IMG/VR virus record: IMGVR_UViG_3300009008_003296
Span: 13,182 to 77,181 of that record
DNA length: 64,000 nucleotides
Direction: 5' to 3' (one strand)
Origin: a virus
Shown here: piece by piece, positions 49,436 through 60,942 of the stretch
How positions within the stretch are numbered: position 1 is the first letter of the stretch
Layout: each line of letters begins with the position of its first letter
The notes under the pieces: generated by a model
Told to the model about the DNA's origin: nothing
The model's input: only the letters and a program-made list of their open reading frames with translations
The model's database searches: none
Program-made: the position numbers and the translations under genes

Positions 49436-51198
49436 CCTTCTACCAAAAACTAACTGTCATACAATTTATTTAAATTTTTTAAAATGGAGAACATAGAATC
49501 ATTCACTTCACTTGACGCTGACCTTGGTAGCCAGTTTATCTGTTCAAAAACAATCAACATCCAATTTAGTGGAGAGGATTTAAAAAATCTGCTGGCGTTG
49601 AAGGAGACGCAAGGCATCAACTTGCAGTTTGGGAGTGATGGTAACGGCAGTATCAAGCAATATGTAACAAATGAACAGTTTGATACCTTGCATGAGTTAT
49701 TGGATATTGTTTTAGAAGGAGTTTGCAATTACAACCTAGCATGACTAAAATTATATTTGAAGATGATGGCGGTGAAAAAGTCACCCTTGAAGGAGACTTT
49801 GTTCAAATCGGAGACTTGTTTCAAGCGTTAAAGAGAATGTGTCTAGCATGGGGCTACCATCCAGACAATGTTCAAGAATTATTTCAAGACTGCGAGAACT
49901 GGGCAAACGAAAGAACGGTTGAATCATTTTGCTGTGCGGATAAAAAAGAATGAAAATTTTTAACTTTATTAAAGACGAGTTGTGTGTCCCTATTGCCGCG
50001 CACAATCTCCAAGAAGCACAAGAGTCCTTTTTTAAGACCGAGGGCTATAAGATAGAGGTGGACAAACTTCGTTCGCCTGACGATGACAAAGACCAGTTTA
50101 AACTATTCGACATGAAAAAACTGGAACAAGAATGGAATAAAGTAGAAGAAGGAGAACCAATTTAAATGACACATATTGAATTAAAAGAATACTTTGAACA
50201 ACAACGAACAATGGGACTAAAAACTAGACACATCGAGCAAAACGAAAAGCAGATAAAGCAGCATCTTGCCTCTGTTAGAGCAGCAAAAATCTCCAAGCAA
50301 GTGTTTTGGGAAAAAAACCAGTATATTGGTCACAACCCTAAAATTACTCCAGAGCAAATCATTGCCAAAACTTCTACTGACAAGTTCCCGTGCGATGCTA
50401 TTACGGTTCGCTTCCATTCTTTGAAACACAAGGTGGCTACTGCTTATTTTTATGGTAAATCGGAGACTCGCAAGTTCGGTAACAATCACACATGGACTTA
50501 TCCTGCAAGCAAATTAACGGTAACTTTCCCTAATACGAATCCCTCTAATGGGCGTAGAGCATGGGGCTACGCATATCAAGGAGACTTGCATAACAGCATG
50601 AGTCGGCAAGAAGTGGATATTACCTTGGATTACATTGAAGATGTTTTGTCAGATTTTCTAAACCTTTAAGTGTATAATTTATCATGGCATTAGGACAAAA
50701 GTATTCCATAGGAGACAGCAAGACCTCCATGTATTTTTGGGCAAACAATGATGCAGAAGCAATTCAGTTTGTTAAGCACCATAAATTTACCATGACCAAG
50801 GATACTCGCCTCACCAATCGCACCTCTAAAAAAAGTATTGAAATCAATGAAAATTGACATACCAATTAGCTGGGACTGGAACAAGCAAGAAGAAGGAGAG
50901 GTTATTGTGGATATTCCCGAATCTAAATGCAAAGAGATAGTGCGTAACTTTTTAATGAACAAAGACTATCATCTTCGCAGAGAATGGCTCAAAACCAATG
51001 TGCCAGAAATCAATTTAAATGTTCCAGTATGAAGAACTTTAAAAAGATTTTTTTATTCTTATCCTTATTTCTGTTCGCGGGGTGCAACACAACCAAATGG
51101 GAGTGGTTGCCTCCGAAAGATAGAACGACCGCTATACCTTCGTTTCCTAAAGGGGATGAAGAACCCTCTGAAACGATTGATGTGCTGAAAGTATCTTT

Positions 51199-51534
51199 TT
51201 GATGAAATATCTTATTACATTTTTTTTGAGTGTGCTTGCGGTATCTGGTGTTACCTTTGAGCCAGATATGGAGGTAAAAATCAAGGGATTGGTTTGCCCG
51301 TCTTGTGCGATTGGAATTAAAAAAAATTTCCTCAAGCACAAACCTCAAGTTAATGCGGTTAAATTCGATACTCGCAAACAAGTAGCATTGGTAGATTTTT
51401 TTGAAAACGAAAACAAAAGAATTTATTGGCTTAAAAACGAACAAATTATCCAACTGGTTAAGGATGCTGGCTACGAAGTCACCTATATTAAGAGGTTAGA
51501 CGGCAGCAAACCCAACCGATACAACACACCATGA
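51199..51534 (+). CDS. Heavy-metal-associated (HMA) domain protein with signal peptide
   Basis: IKGLVCPSCA...I.DAGY HMA pattern. Confidence 0.8.
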   Translation: MMKYLITFFLSVLAVSGVTFEPDMEVKIKGLVCPSCAIGIKKNFLKHKPQVNAVKFDTRKQVALVDFFENENKRIYWLKNEQIIQLVKDAGYEVTYIKRLDGSKPNRYNTP

Positions 51535-52574
51535 TAACAGGACTAATCTTAACCAAACACCCCAAAGGTGCTTCCTTTAAAACTTTGAGTCGCGCCCGTT
51601 TTTTAGATTTAAACAAGCGTGAGTTCAAATTAGGAGAGGAAACTCTTTGTGACCGCATTGCCCACAACTTAAACATTACTCATTCCATTATTGAGGGTTG
51701 TTCTAAACAAGGCATTCAACATTACAGATTGTCACCTCTTTTATTCCCACTATTGAGCGATAACTCTCTTGACCTTAATCTGGCTACCATTAAAGGGGCA
51801 AATCAGATTTTAAGTCTTATTAAAAAAATTGGAGCAACCGCAATAGAGAATAACATTAGCCTTTCCGCTTGCCCCCCCATTCTTACTGCTACCTCATCAG
51901 AAGGATTAGCAAGTGATAATAGCGATAGCATCGTTAAGACGGTGAAGCAGTTAGACTTTTATGCCCACCTCTTTGACCTTATGGGGTTTCCTGACGACTA
52001 TTCAAACCCAATCCATGTTTACCCTCACATGGCTTCTAAAGATGCCTCACAGAGCCGTTTAGAGGGCATTGTAGACCGTTTTTATGACGGTATGGTCAGA
52101 TGCAATGATAGCGTGATTAAGCGTTTGGTTGTGATGAATGAACGAAACTCTTGCTGGAATTGCATGAACCTCTTTGTTTACTTTCATCAGTATATGGGGC
52201 ATAAACATCGCCACATCATGCCATTGAGTTATGATAGCTTGCATGACGAAAAAAATGGCTCTGCCCTACAAGGCAATACGGTAACTGTTGCTCAAAATAT
52301 AGATGCTTTCGCAAAGACTTGGCCCGATGATATTACCCCTGTTTTTCGGTGGAGTCACGATACCGATGATGCTCCCGACTATGAAAGAGACATTGTTTGG
52401 GAGTCGGAGAGAAAAGGCTTTACAATCGCATCTCAATCAAGTAAAGTAGTTACCAGCAAGAAGAAGGCAACCAAAAAGAAACCTCAAGCCAAACCAAGTG
52501 TTAAAAAAATTCTTAAAAAAATAGAAAAAACTGTGCCGAAATCTACAACATTCAATCACCTATATGGAGAATAA
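51531..52574 (+). CDS. UvdE/UvsE UV-damage endonuclease-like protein (degenerate)
   Basis: HNL, HYRLS..LFP, DLMG, RLVV.N, YD..H, TW; basic C-terminal tail. Confidence 0.65.
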   Translation: MITGLILTKHPKGASFKTLSRARFLDLNKREFKLGEETLCDRIAHNLNITHSIIEGCSKQGIQHYRLSPLLFPLLSDNSLDLNLATIKGANQILSLIKKIGATAIENNISLSACPPILTATSSEGLASDNSDSIVKTVKQLDFYAHLFDLMGFPDDYSNPIHVYPHMASKDASQSRLEGIVDRFYDGMVRCNDSVIKRLVVMNERNSCWNCMNLFVYFHQYMGHKHRHIMPLSYDSLHDEKNGSALQGNTVTVAQNIDAFAKTWPDDITPVFRWSHDTDDAPDYERDIVWESERKGFTIASQSSKVVTSKKKATKKKPQAKPSVKKILKKIEKTVPKSTTFNHLYGE

Positions 52575-55500
52575 TGCTCACTACATTGAAAACGCCTAGA
52601 GGAACAACCCACGCAAAGATACTTACTCCTGACCGTAAAAAGTCGCTTGTGGACATTAAGCACATGGACTGCTTCAAAGGGGTTGCAGGTAAAGTTACTT
52701 ACCTTAAAAAACTGCGCGATAAATATGTCGAGCTTGGTGCTTTCGATTTTGACGGAACTTGGCCTTTAAGAGAGAATGATTGAACCCACTCCCGAAACTG
52801 CGCTCCAAACTCTACTCATATTTATCTTTTTATTTTTTATTTTAAATTTGCGAAACAAAATTGCTTTAAACAAGCGAGATAAATAAAAACCCCATGATTG
52901 AAAATTATTTAAAATTTCAGAATGGTAACTCGCGTGATATAATTACTTGGGTATTTTGTGAAGAATGCTACATACAAGATGAAGCGAAGCGAGAAATACC
53001 AAACTATATGACAGAAGAAGTTGATATAGTAAAAGTAGATTCTGATTTTGATGGCTCGATTATTAAATTTAATTGCCAGAGATGTAAAGGTGCGAAGCGT
53101 TCTTGGAAGAACAAAGAATCTCGCGTAGAGATTACAGCGAATCAATTCCAAGCTCATCCGTTTTTAGACCCCGACTACGACCCCTTCGATAGCGATTTGT
53201 CAGACGAATTTCTTTACGAAAATTTTCAAGAGCAACTAGATATAGCGAAATTTGTTAAAGACAATAATTAAAAAAAATGAACTCAAATAGACATGAAGCT
53301 AGACAAACTCAAAGAATACAAAATCTACTTGACTGACGAAGAAAAAGAAGCGTTGGGAGATGTTAAGATAAATTGTTCCACTTTCGCAAAATCAGTATTA
53401 GCGGGAATTGTTAACCAGATATTTGATTGCTATGAAGAAGTGGATAATTGAGTGGCGCAAACAACGCACCGAACTTTGGGTATCTAATCAAGAAGAAGCA
53501 ATCTTCATTGGCGAATGTGACTATGGCATTACCGCAAAACAAAAGAAGCGCAACCGCACACTTGCCAAGATTATTTGTGATGCCTTGAGAGAGCATGACC
53601 CAGAGGCATATTCTGAATTATCCAAAGAAGAAATTTTAAAAAAATGCGAAAATAATTCGGAGCGAAACAAACTCTATGACCACAACAACAAACTGAAACT
53701 AGAAGTTCCACCTATACAGCATCCAGAATGGCTAGTGTGAAGAACATAAAAATAAAATCTTTAGTGGATATTACAACCAATCAACCCTATGATGATAGTG
53801 GAACTACACATCCTTACTTATGACCTATCGGCTATTAAAAAATTGGGTTTGGTGCGAAGATTGTTTGGAATTTAAGGACGCTGGAGAGGAAGTTTCCTTC
53901 GTAAATATCGAAGAAGGTGTCGGAGGCAAAGATGTGATGACTTTTATATGTGATAAATGTGAAAACGAACACAAAAACATTGTAATAGCCGCCGCCACTC
54001 CCCCAAGAGCAAGATGAAAAAGAAAAAAAACGACTTAATGACCACTCAAGAAATGATTGAAAGGTTGCACAAATACGGTATTAAAGGCGATGATGCCAAC
54101 TGGAAAGATTTGTTGGTGCTTTTGGGCTTTTGTGGCGTGATTGTATTACTGACTGTCGGTTTGATATGGGCGGGAACATGGTAGAACTGATTTTTTTATT
54201 GCCAACAATTATTTGTATGATTACCATTGGTATTATCGCTTGGCATCGACGCAAACAAAAGACTAAAGCCGACCACGAATGGGTCAACCGCATACTACAA
54301 TGACACTAGAGCTTACATCCGAAGAAATTGGTTGGATTAAATACTCACTAATCCGAGCTTCATCATCCCTTCGTGGACGAGATAGCGCAATGACATTAAG
54401 AGAAGAACGATTACTTTTAAGAATAGCCAGAAAAATTGAAAAACAAGAAAAACAGCGCGGGGAAGGGTGATTCCCCTAGAAACTGCGCCTCAAAAGATTT
54501 TAAAAAAAATTATGAAAAAATTGATTGGGGCAAAAAAAACACTTGCAAAACGAAAAAAGGTATGATATAATGTTCTTGTATGGCACACTTAATTGAATTA
54601 ACCGATTCAAACACCCTAGAGAAGATGCTGTTTAACTTGGATACTGTTGTATCCATAGAGAGAACCAGCGGAAGCAACACTATCATTACTACCCGTTGGG
54701 GCAGAACCAATGTCAAAGAATCATTGGACAACATTAGATTGCAAGCAGAATCTTCCCCTAAAACAGAAGCAGTTGTTCCTTTTTAATCATGGATACATTA
54801 AACCTAGAGATTCAAGCGAACAGCCCATACAATGACGGTTGGACACAGCAATTCTACAAAGACGAATTAAAAAAAGTGAAAGCACAAGAAGAAGAATCAG
54901 AAATTCACCCCAAGCGAGCAGAAGTAGCCGAAGCAAATGCTGACGCATTATTCGCAGATGGTTTTGATGATGCGATTATTGGATTTGATGCTTCTGGAGG
55001 ATGTGCGGTATATGATTACAACAAATGTTTGGAGGTTTTAATGCAACCGTCCCTGACAAGTGACAAGATGACAAGAGCAGAAGCGCATGAATACATGGAA
55101 TTTAATGTGGTTTCAGCTTATGTAGGAGACTTTACCCCTATTTTTATCCATCTTATCGCTTGAATTATGAGCAAGAAACACAAATATACCAAAGAAGATA
55201 TAGATGCAATGCGAGACAACCTCGCTGAAAGCGAATGGGAAGGCTTAAAAGATAGAGACTTGAGGCTAATCCTTCGTGAAGGTTGCGTTGGTTGGGATAA
55301 TATGTCTGATGCGGATATAATTGCCTTGTATGAGCCAATTTATTATCCAGAAGGAAAATCAGATTGGAGCGCATCTAACACTCATACGGACGCTGGAGTA
55401 AAGATTGATAGCTTTGAAGATGTTTATGGAGAAAGCGATAACTATAACTTGGGAGAACAAGTTGAACAGATTATTTGCGACAAGAATATGAAAGACCAAC

Positions 55501-57897
55501 AAGGTGAGATTACAGCAAAATTTAACGACATAAAATAAAATGGGAGGATTTAGTATTGAATACAGCATGAGCCGCATTGGAAATGAAGATACATTTCTTG
55601 AATTAGATGAGGCAAAGAAGATAAGTCGCAAAATTGTAGACAACTACATTAGTGAAGTCGAGTATGAAGATGGAAAGAATGCCATAGACGAGTATAATTG
55701 GCACATCGTTACTTCAGAGGGATTTGAAGAAGATTGGTTTAATGACGACAAGCTAAAGAAAACTGGTGAAATTAAAGCCAAATATAAAAAGTTGGCAAAA
55801 AACAATCGGGTTTTTATTTTAGAAGTAGATTGGAATTAAGAAATTAAAATGACAACTAGAACTGGACGAGACAAGGTAAAGGACGATATACTTATGGCAA
55901 TGTATCGAAGCGTTGACAGACAGAACAAACATATTGTCAATTTGAATTGGCAGAGTGCCGAAGCAGAGAAGTGGCTACAAGTCAATTTAAGGCATAGCTT
56001 TAACGAAGTAACATGACTTACAAAGTAGAATTTGAAGTAGATGGAGATTCTGTTACCTATACAGTTAAAGCACAAAATGTTTTGAACGCAGAAGAAGCGG
56101 CCAAGAAACAATTAGAGAAAGACAATAATGTCAAATTACAATGCGGGAACGGCTATCACGACAGAGGCAAAGCATATAGCAAAGACGCATCCATAAAGAA
56201 GTCGAGATTCGCATGGGCAGTCACACAAATAGAGAACATAAAAGAGGCATGATAAGATTATTAACCGCAATATCCTTGGCAGTTTTGTTAGGGTGTTCAT
56301 ATTATACATTTGTTACATTGGGGCAACTTATGTCGCATTTGGATGAGATAGAAAGAGTGGCAAGAATGGGCAACCCTTCACCATATCATATTGTTAGTGT
56401 CGAAAGAGATTAGAAAACATATCATGTCGAAAATTTTTTTAATTTTTTTATTATTTACATCTGGTTGTAGCCATACTTACTATCAACCCCCAACCGAATT
56501 AAAAAGTGAACCAACTGTTATTAACATAGATGACTACGCCTAAACCCATTAAGAAGAAACCTAATGTTTTATGTATTAGTTGCGATGCTGCATATCCTTT
56601 AAATGCAAAGAACATTACCGTGCATGAAACCATCCCTTTGCCTACCCAAAAAGGCAAACTTGTAAGATTTACTTGTAGTAAATGTAAAGGAGAAACAACT
56701 TCAATGATAATAGATGAAGAAGATATAAAGAATAGTGATTCACCTATGCTTCGTAATATAAGAGCTAAACAAGAGGATAGATTAAGTAAAGAGGGAACAA
56801 ATAGAATTGTGAATGAAAAAGTAGTAAATAAAGGGAAAAAAGATAAATAAATATACTTCTTCTTTTCTCTCTCAAAATAAGAATCCCCAAATTTAAATAA
56901 ATTATATTAAATATACCAAACTAAAACCAGTTTAAGTTCAAACCAGTTCAAACCAGTTCAGTATCCCCCTCACTAAAAAAATATGAAACATTTTGTATTA
57001 TTACTGTATAATTTTTATAGATATATGGTTACTTTTTTATATGGAGTATTTGCTATTATATTATGCTTGTATGATATAACATTTACTCATTCATTGTTTT
57101 GGATTACTATGCTATTTTTGTCACTTATACAGTTCTTTGCGTATGCGAACGGGATGAAGGCGCAACTTGAAAGGCAATTCATAAAAGACTTTAATGAAAC
57201 AGTAAAAAAATCACTTGAAGAACAACAACAAAAAGAATATAATCAATTTAGAAATAATTAAATGAAATCAGTTACTATTACAATAGGAGATTACGATTTA
57301 GAGATAATTGAACAAATTTTTGAGAAAGAAAGCGCATTTTCACCGCAAGACCCTCGCGATGAGCTTATGATTGAGCTTATGCGTCAAATCAAGGATAATC
57401 CCAAGGTAGATTTAGGTGATGATGAGGCCGCCGAATACGAAAAAGCGAAAACTCGCTTTAGTAAGAACCTTGGAGCAGATGGCAAACAAGTAGTGAACCG
57501 AGAGGGCCAATACCTGTCGCCCGAAGAAGTGGGACTCGCCTAATTACGAACGAAATTTACTGAAATAAGCGCGGCGGCTTTTTGCATTTTTTTTATGTTT
57601 TTTTATGTTTTAAGGGAATTATGAATGATTTTTAGCTAAATATCTTGACTTCTCAAATGTGAATGATATAATGGTAAATATGGATACCGACATAGATTTT
57701 GAGTTTTGGGACGCCCAAATTAAACATTTTGTTAGTATTTTTAAAAGTGATATTTCTTCTGAAGAAGATAAAGAAATGGCCGAAACCCATTTAAATGAAA
57801 TAAAAGCTAGACTTAAAAGAGACATAAAAGATTTAAATAAATATATTAAAGAATTAGAGTCTGAATTGTGAACGAATTTAGTGTAAATATAAAATCA

Positions 57898-58263
57898 ATG
57901 AAGAATAAACTATTGATGATAGTCGGTGTTCTGGCGATTGCCGGAACAAGTGCAAATGCGGGTTGGTTTGGTGCTGGTGTAAAGCCTGTTCCTTTCATCA
58001 AGGTTCCGTTGTTGAAGCTAGTTGTTCCGTGCCCCTCTGCAGTTGCAGGGCCGCGCGCGGGAACAGAGGCAGATGCAAAAATCTCCACGCAAGGTGCGAG
58101 TGCTGCGCTACCTTGGTTGCGAGGTTCCGTTAGATGGCCAAGTTTAACCCTCGGGACTCCCGAGAAAAATATTACGATTGGCCCAAAACATCGTGACCCT
58201 TCCAAAGCAGCCGCAAAGAAGAAAGCGGCCGCCGCGAAGAAGCCAAAAGGTAAGCGTAAGTGA
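57898..58263 (+). CDS. Signal-peptide protein with Ala/Lys-rich tail
   Basis: MKNKLLMIVGVLAIAGTSANA signal; KAAAKKKAAAAKK C-terminus. Confidence 0.6.
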   Translation: MKNKLLMIVGVLAIAGTSANAGWFGAGVKPVPFIKVPLLKLVVPCPSAVAGPRAGTEADAKISTQGASAALPWLRGSVRWPSLTLGTPEKNITIGPKHRDPSKAAAKKKAAAAKKPKGKRK

Positions 58264-58294
58264 GCTAAATAAGCCCGCTTAACTCATAACAACT

Positions 58295-58323
58295 AAATCC
58301 TCCTGCAATGGGAGGATTTTTTT
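58295..58323 (+). terminator. Rho-independent terminator
   Basis: AAATCCTCC-TGCAATG-GGAGGATTT plus T run. Confidence 0.85.
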
Positions 58324-58368
58324 ATTTTTTTTATTGACTTTTAAAACTTGCGGTGCTATACTGGTCTA

Positions 58369-59016
58369 ATGCTTACAGACAAAGTTGCCAAATTCTTCAG
58401 CTCAATACGCGACAAAGAAATATCTAATTACAATAATTATTGGTCGCAGTTGCAGCCGCGCTTTATAGATGAGGCTTTTAAGCGATATGTGTTTGCTTTT
58501 TTATCTGTTCATACTACATGGGAGAATAATTGCAAAGCATACAATATGTTAAAAGACTTTAATAAGTGGAAAGATAATGAAGCCTTATTGCACAAGAAAT
58601 TAGTGCAGTCAAGAGTGGGGATGCAAAATAACAGAACAAAATATTTAAATAAATTTATTAAAGATTTCTGGTCTGACCAAGCAAAGTTTGTTGTAAAGGA
58701 AGATGAGGAGTCTTGGACAGAGTGGCGTGATAGATTAGTCAAATCAATATTAGGTTTAGGCAAAGCAAAAGTTTCGTTTGCATTAGAGATGATGTATCCA
58801 GTAGATGCTCAAGTTGCTTGTATGGATACGCACCTATTTCAAGTCTATGGCCTTGACCAAACCAAAGATAGTAAGCACTATAATACAATAGAAGCAGATT
58901 GGGTTGACCGTAGTAATAAGCGAGGACTTGCACCATACATGGCACGATGCCTTTATTGGGACAAAAATCAAAACAGAAAGAACTCACGCTACTGGAGCAA
59001 AGTTTTAGAAAAATAA
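58369..59016 (+). CDS. HhH-GPD DNA glycosylase/AP lyase (Ogg-like)
   Basis: FAFLS, RD.LV..I.GLGKAKVSF HhH with Lys, CMDTHL catalytic Asp, Y..IE. Confidence 0.78.
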   Translation: MLTDKVAKFFSSIRDKEISNYNNYWSQLQPRFIDEAFKRYVFAFLSVHTTWENNCKAYNMLKDFNKWKDNEALLHKKLVQSRVGMQNNRTKYLNKFIKDFWSDQAKFVVKEDEESWTEWRDRLVKSILGLGKAKVSFALEMMYPVDAQVACMDTHLFQVYGLDQTKDSKHYNTIEADWVDRSNKRGLAPYMARCLYWDKNQNRKNSRYWSKVLEK

Positions 59017-59059
59017 TTAAAATCTTGACAAAATTTCCCCAACTGATATACTTAACGAG

Positions 59060-59299
59060 ATGAAAAAGCAGACCTTGAACAAAGATGGAACTCCCCGCAA
59101 AACAGGGAGTGGACGCAAGAAAGGGTCGAATTGTTATCAGATGATTACAATAAAACAACTGAAACAATACATTACTGAAGATTACAAAATACCAGTAAAG
59201 CGACTCTGGCTTGAGAATGTAGTTGACAATATGGCATCAAATGATGTAGAATCTATTGCTGCTAAAGTAGAAGAAAAAATCGAATATACAATAAGCTAA
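59060..59299 (+). CDS. small basic DNA-binding-like protein
   Basis: PRKTGSGRKKGS AT-hook-like motif; own promoter at 59025. Confidence 0.55.
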   Translation: MKKQTLNKDGTPRKTGSGRKKGSNCYQMITIKQLKQYITEDYKIPVKRLWLENVVDNMASNDVESIAAKVEEKIEYTIS

Positions 59300-59305
59300 T
59301 TGACT

Positions 59306-60256
59306 ATGGAAAAAGAACAACCCTTCGAGAATCTGTTTGGTCAAGAGAATGTTAAGAAACGCCTCAAGTTTTACCTTGAAGCATTTGAAGCAACCAGTTT
59401 GTGTCCGTTTCTTGCATTCATTGGTGCAAAAGGATTAGGTAAGACAGAGTTTGCCCGACAATTCGCAAAAGAACTCAAGAATACTGACGGTTCAAAGCGA
59501 CCGTTCCTTGAGCTTAACTGCTCGACAATCAAGAATGTTGAGCAATTCTTTGAGCAGATATTCATTCCCATTATTATGGACAATGAGTTGACTGTCTTGT
59601 TTGATGAAGCGCACGAACTTCCCAAGGATTTAACGAACGCTTTTTTGACTGTATTCAATACAGAGAAGGTCACAACCAAGGAACTTCATTGGCGTGATGC
59701 TGTTTATCCATTCGACTTCAAGAAGCAGACCTTCATGTTTGCTACGACCGAATCGGATAAGATTTTCCCTCCATTGAAAGACCGTTTAACTTCGATTGAT
59801 TTCGAGGATTATTCCAATGAAGATTTGGGGAAGATATTCAAGGCTCAATGCGAGGAAATTGATTTCTCCGATGAGGCGTTGTTGGAGTTGGCTAAAACGA
59901 GTCGCGGAAATGCGCGTTCATGCGTTATGCGAGGTCGTGAGGTTGCTTTGTATTGCGCTCGCAAAGGAGACAATATCTTTAGAGCAGAAGATTTGGAGCC
60001 ATTCTTTGACCAGTTGGGCATATTGCCTTTTGGCTTGAGTGCGACAGAAATGCACCTACTTAAAATCCTTCGTCGTGATGGTCAATGTTCCTTGCAGATG
60101 TTGTCTGCCAAGACTGGATTGAGTCGTAGTGCAATTCAGCGCGACCATGAGTTATACTTAATGCGTAAGAATCTGATTGTAATTGACGGCAAGCGCAACA
60201 TCACCAACGATGGAGTCAAACTGGTCGAGGCGCATCATCGCGCACAAAAGAGTTGA
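59306..60256 (+). CDS. ruvB: RuvB-like AAA+ ATPase (Holliday junction branch migration)
   Basis: GQE.VK, GAKGLGKT, FDEAH, ATTE....PLKDR, SRGNAR, C-terminal winged helix E.YL...R.IT. Confidence 0.75.
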   Translation: MEKEQPFENLFGQENVKKRLKFYLEAFEATSLCPFLAFIGAKGLGKTEFARQFAKELKNTDGSKRPFLELNCSTIKNVEQFFEQIFIPIIMDNELTVLFDEAHELPKDLTNAFLTVFNTEKVTTKELHWRDAVYPFDFKKQTFMFATTESDKIFPPLKDRLTSIDFEDYSNEDLGKIFKAQCEEIDFSDEALLELAKTSRGNARSCVMRGREVALYCARKGDNIFRAEDLEPFFDQLGILPFGLSATEMHLLKILRRDGQCSLQMLSAKTGLSRSAIQRDHELYLMRKNLIVIDGKRNITNDGVKLVEAHHRAQKS

Positions 60257-60290
60257 CAAATGCCGCGCATTTGCTATACTTAACCCTGTT

Positions 60291-60485
60291 ATGACATACT
60301 TCTGGCTAATAGAGAATCTCATTAAGGAATACGCGAGACACCATCGCGCAGACGACACAACTTTAGACGGGTTCTTCAAACAGTTGCGCGAGGTAGTTGA
60401 TGCCGAGCTTGACATTACTTCACTCAAGGAACGCATGAAGGAATACGACCTTTACAATTCGTGGAATGACGATGCAGGAGCGTAA
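60291..60485 (+). CDS. hypothetical protein
   Basis: ATG 10 nt after TTGACA-N16-TATACT (60253-60280). Confidence 0.6.
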   Translation: MTYFWLIENLIKEYARHHRADDTTLDGFFKQLREVVDAELDITSLKERMKEYDLYNSWNDDAGA

Positions 60486-60800
60486 TATATACAAGGATGT
60501 ACCTATCTCAATAGTTAGAAGATATGTACTTAATAAGATCAAAGAGCTTGACGATGTACAGTTATCGAGAGTATATGAGTTAGTTTCACACAATCTGGCT
60601 TTGCAAAAAACAAAAGAACATCATCTTAATATATTAGTGCATGAAGAACACGATTGGAACTGAAACAAATAATAACTTAATAAGTGAATTGCAAATAGCT
60701 TAATACGTAATATAAGTGAAACAAATAATTGCTAAATATAGAAATGTAAATAATTGTAGCATAAATAAGGCGTAATAAGAGGTGGGCGAAAAAAGAGTTT

Positions 60801-60878
60801 CATAAGTCACTGATTACCAACGGTTTACGGCGGCGGGGTAGCCCGCGCCTCTAAACCCTTGTAGCGCAACAACTTACG
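60801..60878. repeat. Paired 29-bp imperfect palindrome element, copy A
   Basis: CATAAGTCACTG-ATTAC-CAACGGTTTACG, 20-bp GC spacer, TCTAAACCCTTG-TAGCG-CAACAACTTACG. Confidence 0.85.
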
Positions 60879-60888
60879 TTTGTCAAGC

Positions 60889-60915
60889 AAAAAACCCTCC
60901 CCATTGCGGGGAGGG
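60889..60915 (-). terminator. Rho-independent terminator of DUF932 gene
   Basis: CCCTCCCC-GCAAT-GGGGAGGG-TTTTTT on minus strand; same hairpin at 63533-63553. Confidence 0.85.
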
Positions 60916-60942
60916 TTGGTTCGTCTCAGAGCTTGTGTCCCG

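Larger units (their letters stand above)
49484..57871 (+). other. Dense array of small + strand hypothetical ORFs (accessory/early region), several with CxxC pairs or TM/lipoprotein signals
   Basis: Roughly 30 short co-oriented ORFs with overlapping start/stop codons and sigma70-like promoters (54543, 57645). Confidence 0.65.

Noticed and set aside
56924-56961. Short AAACCAGTTC tandem repeat in AT-rich intergenic DNA as iterons
   Set aside because: Only two to three short copies with no other support; slippage is an adequate explanation
57585-57612. TTTTTTTATG duplication
   Set aside because: Low-complexity T-tract, not informative
222-60436. Numerous minus-strand ORFs of 60-150 aa in the ORF track
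   Set aside because: They are shadows of well-supported + strand genes, lack motifs and have no promoters; includes ORFs crossing the tRNA
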